A stretch of 64,000 nucleotides of DNA from Leucoraja ocellata (taxonomy: Eukaryota), in contig JAWMAR010000007.1 of NCBI GenBank assembly GCA_036785375.1, positions 11,036,001 through 11,100,000 on the forward strand. The letters run 5' to 3'. The notes below the pieces were generated by a model. That model was not told where the DNA came from. It made no database searches and saw nothing but the letters and a program-made list of their open reading frames with translations. Positions 60,636-64,000 of the stretch are shown here, piece after piece. Each line of letters starts with the position of its first letter. Within the stretch, counting starts at the first letter, position 1. Both the position numbers and the translations under genes were made by a program.

Positions 60636-62234
60636 CGGTTGTATACGTCACATTGCTCATAATGTGCAAGTGAAATGAATTTGCCAGCAGCGGTACAATG
60701 ATAAAGAACACACAAATACACAATAAAAATGTAACACAAACATCTACCACAGCATTCATCACTGTGGTGGAAGGCACAAAGATTGTCCAGTCCTCCTCCA
60801 TTTTCCCATGTGGTCGGGTCCTCAACCCTCCGCAGCCATCGCTGCGGGCGTCCAGATGTACAGACAAGATAAAAAGTCCAGGTAAGTCGTGAATCGGTGC
60901 AACCCTACCGGAGACCGCGGCTTCAAGATGGTGTAGACCGCAGGCCGGCGGTCGAAGATTTAAAGTTCCCGCCACGCCGCAGCCAGAAGCACCACAGACT
61001 GCAGGGCCGGCGATCTGGAGCTCCCCTACAGGGTTCCCCGGCTTGTGACCCCACTCCTGATGGTAAGTAATTCCACGCTGCGCCCGCGGTAGTAGTTGGC
61101 CGCGGGCCCATAGTTGGAGCTCTTCTACCCCCCGGGTCCACAACGAAGGATCCCGGGCTGCAGACGCCGCGCCAGCTGGAACTCTGCAGACCGGGGCTTC
61201 AGGCTGCCGGCTGCCGCGGACCAGCGAAACGGAGCGCTCCACCTCAGGCGAGCCCCTGCTCCACTCCGAGAGCCCACGCTGCGCCCACCGATGAGCCCCG
61301 GGCGCGTCTCGGGGAAAAGCCGCCCGACCTTCGCTGTTTGACCACGGGGGAGGTGACCTGGAAAAAGTCACCTCTCTGTGGAGGAGGTGACCGAAGCGGT
61401 TTCCCCCTTACCCCCCCCCGCCCCCCCCACACACAAAACGCACAGAGGATCATTAAAAACATACATTTTACTTCGGAGTCACGTGAGTGACTTCGTGAAG
61501 AACCCCGCTTCCACGCATGCGTGTCATATCGCTACACGCATTGCAACGAGTCACACAGGGGGAACGGCGTTCCCCAAGCGGGAGAATTTGAAAGTCGGGA
61601 ACAGCAGGTAAGAGACTCTGCGTTTTCCCTCTTTTACTACTTACTTTTAGGTGGCTGCGGAAAGCCGGCGGGGAGACCCGTGGAGGGCGAGCAGCCAGCA
61701 GCAGCAACAGCACGAGTTTCCCTGGAGGGGAACAACCTGAGCCCGACTTTGCTCCCGCACCGGCAAAATTCACCTCTCGGCCGGGCGGGAAGCAAAGTAA
61801 AGAGGTCCCGTATGCCAGTCTCAAGCGAGACTGACTTGGGACCAGTCGGTAGCAGCCAGCACAGAGGCTGCGGGACAGACAGCTCGGACCAGCGGTACCG
61901 GGGCTCGAAACGCTCAGCGAGTGCAGCGGCACTTATGGAGTCGGAACGGGACGTCCGGGCTGAAAACCTTCTTCACAAGGTAAGGGCCAGGGGATCTATA
62001 GGAACAGCCGGGGTTACCGGCTGCGGAGCTGCCGCGAAGGACCAGGCCCGTGAACACCGGGGTTTGGTCCGAGCGGCTCCAACCCGCAACGGAGGGAACG
62101 ACGGTCACCAGCGGGAGAAGGAAAGTCGGGAACAGCAGGTAAGAGACCCTGCGTTTCCTTCAACTTACCTTCTAGGTGCAGACATGGACCGGGTCCATGT
62201 AAGCTGCAGAAGGCCGGCGGGAGAACCGCGGAGG

Positions 62235-62480
62235 AGCGGCAGCAGCAGCAGTAGCAGCAGCGGCAGTCGGCGGCAGTCGGCAGCAGCAGCAGCAGCAGCA
62301 GCAGCGGCAGCAGTGGCAGCCGGCAGCTGCAGGAGCACGGGCAGCTGCAGGAGTTACGGGCAGCTGCAGGAGTACGGGCAGCAGCAGTGACACTGACAGC
62401 TGCAGGAGCGCAGGTTGCGGCAGGAGCTGGCAACGGCAGGAGCTGTAACGGCAGGAGCTGGCAACGGCAGGAGCAGCATG
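62235..62480. repeat. (GCA)n-rich low-complexity repeat with GCAGCTGCAGGAG units
   Basis: Visible directly in the sequence. Confidence 0.85.
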
Positions 62481-62620
62481 GGCACATCGATTCCCGGAGG
62501 AGGAAAACACCTGTGCCCAACTTCGCTCCAGCACGGTGAGAAAATTCATTTTCAGCAGCAAAGGACTTGGCAGTTGACTGGCTGCAATCTACTATTAGGG
62601 ACCAGTATGTGAGTGACCAG

Positions 62621-62685
62621 GTGTAGTATCTGTTCTTATCAGTTTAATATCTGATACGTCCCTTATCTAGGGACCATATATTAAA
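62621..62685 (+). ncRNA. Internal U2 snRNA fragment (about nt 31-95), not a complete gene
   Basis: GTGTAGTATCTGTTCTTATCAGTTTAATATCTGATACGTCCCTTATCTAGGGACCATATATTAAA matches vertebrate U2 (branch-point pairing region, stems IIa/IIb). It lacks nt 1-30 and the Sm site. Confidence 0.9.
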
Positions 62686-64000
62686 TAAAATCTATAATAG
62701 CTGTTATCATCAGTTTTAATGTCTTATATGTTCCTTAGCTAAGGACCATATAAGTAGGAGTGCCCAGAATTGAGGGCATTAGAGTGGGGTTGACCGGCTG
62801 CAACGACCGCAAGGGACCAGTACCGTCAGTACGGGGGTGGGTCCCACGGGTCTAAGATAAAGGAGCAGCCAGGAGCGCTGAGAGCGTTGGAGCCGGGTTA
62901 AAGGAATAGATGGAATCAGCTGTGCCAGTTATCCTCCACACCGGCCATATCCACTCCACGGAAGGAAGGACAAGCTGGAGAAGGAGGACCGTGGAACAGG
63001 GGGCAGCCAGCAGCAGCCAGCGGCACTTGGATCAACCGTAGTGGGATCAGCGGTGCCCGATGTCGGCCCCGCACCGGCCAGCTCCATGCGGCCGAGCGGT
63101 AGGCTAGACACAAATCAAACAAGGTAGTGGACTGAGAAGGGTCCGACTTTGCATAAAACCGCCGGCAACCAGCGCCCGAGAGGGCTGGAGCGGGAAGAAG
63201 CGGTGTATGGAGCCTTGCTCCAACGTGATAACCCACAGCAGTACCTCTTTGAGGGCTGCACAATGCTTCTACCCCATCAGAGGGGAGCACTGTGGGTCAG
63301 TTCTGGGTTGACTTGCAAGAGGGGTCCGCAGAACAAAAGACAAGTGGGCAGCAGTTAAGCCCCACATGGGTACCCCGTGCGGGACCCCTAGAGATCTCTA
63401 ACTCTATAAAAAAGAGTAGGCAGGACCCTGATGGGCCAGAGCCTGGTAATACAGCATCCCATGATCCTAACACAGCAGGGACTCTGCTGGACATGGTGGC
63501 TGATTACTTTAACCAAGTCAAACATGGGTAGACTTGGATCCAGGATGGCAATAGTATTACTATATGTCTGGCCACAAACGCCAACAGGGAAAAAATTTAC
63601 AGACACTGGCCAGACATCTGCCACCTGGCAACGGTGAGGCATTACGGGTGCCCAGTGTAAACCAATGCATTTGGCAGCATATGGGGACGAACATCAGGAA
63701 CCAGGACCTCAAGATCCAGAGAACCTTAAAGGGATTGACGGAAGGCATCATAGAATACACTCGCACCCTGGACTAAATGTAGGTAACCAAAGACCATCTA
63801 GACGCACTAGCTCTGTTTAGTAATATGCAATATGATCTGAACTACACATGGAAGGCTGCCATTCAGCCAGCACTGGGACCCCAAAAAATGCTACCATTTG
63901 CAAACAAAGAACCGTGAGTGGACAAAGCCAAGACACTGGGGCTCATCAAGGCCAGCGCAAGGGCCTATTTTGGAGCATGATACCGGCCACAGGCAACGCC

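Larger units (their letters stand above)
61466..64000 (+). mobile_element. DIRS-like (tyrosine-recombinase retrotransposon) left end with degenerate gag-like ORF; runs off the window
   Basis: Starts TTTTACTTCGGAGTCACGTGAG, then a GC-rich leader. The peptide PPGNGEALRVPSVNQCIW...RNQDLKIQR (63564-63776) resembles DIRS ORF1. RT and YR are not in the window. Confidence 0.55.

Noticed and set aside
60583-62612. Long GC-rich ORFs (262 aa, 289 aa, 168 aa)
   Set aside because: Low-complexity GC-rich repeat DNA with few stops and no recognisable domain.
62621-62685. Functional U2 snRNA gene
   Set aside because: Missing the first 30 nt, the Sm site and 3' stem-loops; no evident snRNA promoter context.

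Overview
Repeat-rich vertebrate genomic DNA. The CR1/HER1-like LINEs, V-SINE/HE1-like SINEs and Penelope relics point to a cartilaginous fish, probably a skate or ray (inference). One spliced + strand gene spans 177-44867 and is mostly invisible in the ORF track. It encodes a Siglec-15-like type I membrane receptor. The exons are: a signal peptide (177-225); four tandem V-set Ig exons, only the first keeping the Siglec sialic-acid-binding Arg; one C2-set+TM exon without the Siglec-15 DAP12-binding Lys; and 7 short cytoplasmic exons carrying six ITIM/ITSM-like tyrosine motifs (PIYSVV, LIYSIV, TLYSNL x2, TLYSTV, CIYATV). Every intron is phase 1, and joining all 13 exons gives an open frame of 815 codons plus stop. 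Both the ectodomain and the tail were built by serial exon duplication, including a recent ~1.2 kb triplication. An L2 insertion duplicated one splice acceptor. The rest is transposable elements: a full-length L1 with TSD and one stop per ORF, many CR1 copies, a CR1/L1/Rex1 nest, a Harbinger-type MITE, a 20-bp minisatellite, hAT and Penelope relics, and a DIRS-like element carrying a tandem internal U2 snRNA fragment. Exon joining is inferred from splice sites and reading frame only; there is no transcript evidence.
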